Part shown: positions 60,805 to 64,000 of the stretch, piece by piece | Numbering within the stretch: the first letter of the stretch is position 1 | Layout of the letters: every line of letters begins with the position of its first letter | Assembly: GCF_001194135.2 (NCBI RefSeq) | Contig: NC_068984.1 | Span: 5,827,741 to 5,891,740 of the forward strand | Direction of reading: 5' to 3' | From: Octopus bimaculoides | Lineage: Eukaryota | Length of the DNA: 64,000 nucleotides | Notes under the pieces: model-generated | Databases searched by the model: none | Told to the model about the DNA's origin: nothing | What the model saw: only the letters and a program-made list of their open reading frames with translations | Translations under genes and position numbers: made by a program

Positions 60805-62830
60805 CGAACACGTCCTGGATCAAAGATGCTCATCATATCTGTAAAATAGAGTATTGAACGCTGAAGATCAGAAAACATTCTGTGTTGCTGACCACCTCGA
60901 ATTACTAGAAAGGTGCAAAATTTGGTATGAAGAAACGTATTCTAGGAAAAGGCGCCGTTGTTGGCAATTTTCTATAGATCAGTATTTAATTATTGTTGAA
61001 ATCGCGGTCATGTGGTAAGGACCAACCATTAGAGTCGAGACTAAATAATTTCACTCTCCATAGGAAGGTGTACTACGTTCTAACATACGATAGCAGATAT
61101 CAAAGTTTCGTTATTATTGTACAACGTTGATATATTTTGATAGCGTTGTATTATTGGGTCCTTTAACGACAGTAACAGATAACTGCAAAAGAAAAACAAT
61201 TTGTTAGTTTAGAGATATAAAGTAAACTTATTTATGCTATTAACGTAATTATGAGCGATCGAAGCCAAAACTGAATACGAAAATTCTAATTATTGTAAAC
61301 AAAAATGTGAAGTCGATCCATATTTTATATCGTAACAGACATTTATTGGGACAAAATTTGGCATTAATATACAGTGCAAATTAGGAAATCATCAATATTT
61401 ACGATTGATACAACATATAAACGAAATAATATTATATTCTTTAACATTAAGCAGAGGCATCAGTGAAGTCAGAAAGAATATATCTTCAATATGTGTGTGT
61501 GTGTGCTATTTTAGAAGTCAATTAATTATTTACCATAATGAAATTATCCTAGTAATATTTCTCTTTACGTGGGCCGTGGGTCGTATGAAATATAAGTAAA
61601 ATGAGAAGAAAGCAGCGTAATTAATTTTATGTGCCAGAGTTAATGAAGTAAAGTGGTGTAATTAAATTGGAAAGACCTGAAGTATGGAAGCATCTTTTAA
61701 ATTATTCATTCAATATGGAAGTCTTCAAAATAAGTAATATTTTGTGCCGAAATGAAGTGAAGCAAAAGTCAGAAAAGTACAACCCCCCCCCTTATTTCTT
61801 CATTGTCAAACGTCATATCATCCTTTAGAAAAATTATTGCAAATGTCCTCCTTTTTAGATTCTTCTATTTCACATAATTTTCATTCGTTTCATCAAACAC
61901 ATCTTGCGATGATTACAAATACGACAAAGTAATAAGTTGCATATCTCATACCATTTGTTTAGTGCTATATAATGTGAGTAGTAGGGTTGGCTTTGTCTAT
62001 ATTTATATAACGTAATACAGTATATGACGCTTGTTACAAGATAAATTTGAATATAGTTCACAAATATGATATCACTCATTCACAGGTTGTACAAGTAATT
62101 AAAATGATCCAAACATCTAAAATACACCGTCTTTCTCCACTAGCAAGATTAATTACACCTATCAAATTAATTACATCGATTTTCTCTCATGTTCCTGTAA
62201 TATGCTGCGGCATCTCGTTACGTTCCTCTTCAAGTAAGCGGGAGTTGATAAGGTACCCGTAAGGTACAGCGGTTAATATAATTGAAGGTGGCCTTGTGCC
62301 AATTTTATAAATCAATATTCCTCTTTTAAATAGAGTCAATAAATTAAATCGATCACATAGTAATGGCATTTATTGCAAGAACGACAAGATGACAGGAGTA
62401 AAGACGGAAAGTCACGATTTACATTGATGAACAGCTTAGGAAGAGGGAGTTCGTTTTGGAAGGATATTCTTCGCAAATATCGCTAAGTATTAAAGACCTA
62501 CACGTCATCCCAAAAGAGAGAATGAGGCAGCGAGATGCCATGATGGCAATCACAATTTTCAGTTTCTTTACTCCCAACGTCCATAAATACATCAACGATA
62601 TAAATTTTTACAAGCTTCATTTTAGTTAAACATGAAATTATCACGTCCTGAAGATTTGAGTTATCGAACTCGAAGCAATAGACTTTATTGTGCAAGGTTC
62701 ACAGTCGACAAAAATGATACAAGATCATCATCACCGTGAGAGATTTCATTAGGATCGATGCCGTGTTCAATTGCAGTAACTTCTCATCGTCACCAAATCT
62801 GTTGCCTGCAAAATAGATGTTACAACATTG
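60805..62830 (-). pseudogene. TUBB: Beta-tubulin pseudogene, copy B (unprocessed, divergent, 3' part missing)
   Basis: 62423-62815: *EVTAIEHGIDPNEISHGDDDL, IFVDCEPCT, QIFR.DNFMF, DVGSKETENCDCHHGISLPHSL, CEEYP, donor GTAAAT. Intron 61183-62422 ends in TTTCTTTTGCAG. 60805-61182: LSVTVV, DICYRMLERSTPSYG, LNTDL*KIANN..FPRIRFFIPNFAP, RGGQQH, MMSIFDPGRVRF. Confidence 0.9.
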
Positions 62831-63101
62831 GTAGTTAAAAACTCGCTATTTATAGTGGGCAATTACAACGGATAGTTATCCACAACGAGAGGGAATTTAC
62901 ACGTGAGCTTTCTAGTAGTTATACAAGAATAAAGAAAGATGCTTATTCATTAGTTACGAGTTCGTAATTCTACTAACAGAAATCAATTATTAAAGTTTAC
63001 ACTGTTTAGAAAATAGTTTAACATTCCAACTTTAATATAATTTTTCTTTATCAAAATTTGATTTTCAAGTCTCTTTTATTATTGAATATTTTAACTACAC
63101 T

Positions 63102-63359
63102 CAATGGCGGACTGGGTCTAAAAATATTGGTTGCCAGGAGACTAAGGGCGCCCACCGGCAACTACATTTTTTTTTTTTTTTTTTAATATTCTTTTCAACT
63201 GTCTACAAACAGAGCCAGGCTGAAATAATGCATTCTTCCAGGAATGAATAAAAACATTCTGAAACTTAGATACTAACATGGGCCCCCATATATGGATTCT
63301 AATGGCGCAGGGGCCCACTTACCATCGGGTAAGCTGGCAACCTGAGCAGTCCGTCACTG
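63102..63359. mobile_element. hAT-family MITE (258 bp)
   Basis: TIRs CAATGGCGGACTG and CAGTCCGTCACTG; perfect 8-bp TSD ACTACACT at 63094-63101 and 63360-63367. Confidence 0.9.
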
Positions 63360-63929
63360 ACTACACTATTCTTTTACAAAGCCAATTTTAATTCACTGCA
63401 AGAAAGTAACGTCTTATTTTCTTCATTTGTATCCTTTTCCTTGTAACAGTTTTTTCTTCTGTCTTCCTTTCCATGTCTTCTTTGTTTACCCGCCCACTAG
63501 ACGTCGTTTTCCTCACCACTCTTATTTACATCGTTTTTTGAACGTCTTTCTTCTTCATATTTCATGTAACATTCATTCTGTACCCACACACTGTTAGTCT
63601 CACTTTCTTTCCTTGCAAAGCTGATTCTGTCTGACTGTCTCTCTTTTGCTTTCTACCACCTTTATTCAATTTGTGAAAATGTTTACACTATATCAATTTA
63701 TCACACCAAAATTACATACAAAATTTTCATTTCGAATTTCACACACAATGTGTAGTCCATGGTCCTTTGGATAATGAAAGACTTGGATTATTTACTGTGC
63801 CTACGTCGGCTTCGCTTTATTGTTAAATAATATTTTCATTTCGTTTGCGTTCAATAGAATGATACAACATCCATACTGTGCTATTGGTTTCTGCATTAAT
63901 TTGTTTCCAATTTAACGTAGATCGTCAAC

Positions 63930-63939
63930 ACACACAGTG

Positions 63940-63971
<32 letters not shown>

Positions 63972-64000
63972 GTATATATACATATATATATATATATATA
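63930..64000. repeat. (TA)n/(CA)n microsatellite
   Basis: Seen directly. Confidence 0.95.

Noticed and set aside
50555-62830. Alpha-tubulin, or a functional tubulin gene
   Set aside because: Diagnostic peptides (EHGIDP, NMVPF, EQFTAMF, YTEG.ELV) are beta-type, and both copies carry many stops, frameshifts and SINE insertions in exons

Overview
AT-rich, intron- or intergenic-type eukaryotic DNA from a gapped scaffold: ten N-runs, most flanked by microsatellites. The SINE, LINE and microsatellite repertoire is of the type known from Octopus (cephalopod) genomes; this is an inference from repeat character, not a database match. I can support no intact protein-coding gene. Main content: (1) Many tRNA-headed SINEs in at least five families, which I label A-E (my labels). 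(2) Decayed LINEs: two CR1/L2-type, one RTE, one probable L1/Tx1 tail. (3) Penelope-like element (PLE) fragments. (4) Mariner DD34D and maT DD37D transposase relics, hAT and mariner MITEs, and a Helitron helicase scrap. (5) Two intron-containing, heavily decayed copies of a divergent beta-tubulin on the minus strand (about 50.6-53.2 kb and 60.8-62.8 kb). The best candidate for an undescribed system is SINE family E. It has a tRNA-like head joined to a tail with a Penelope-type minimal hammerhead ribozyme (intact core at 22885-22930). All three insertions are fold-back (inverted) structures, two have 12-15 bp target-site duplications, and one has captured a piece of a Penelope GIY-YIG endonuclease ORF. 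Together this suggests a non-autonomous SINE mobilised by Penelope. A second, unrelated hammerhead lies in another fold-back at 40067-40111. All alignments and translations were done by eye; boundaries are approximate unless a TSD or TIR fixes them.
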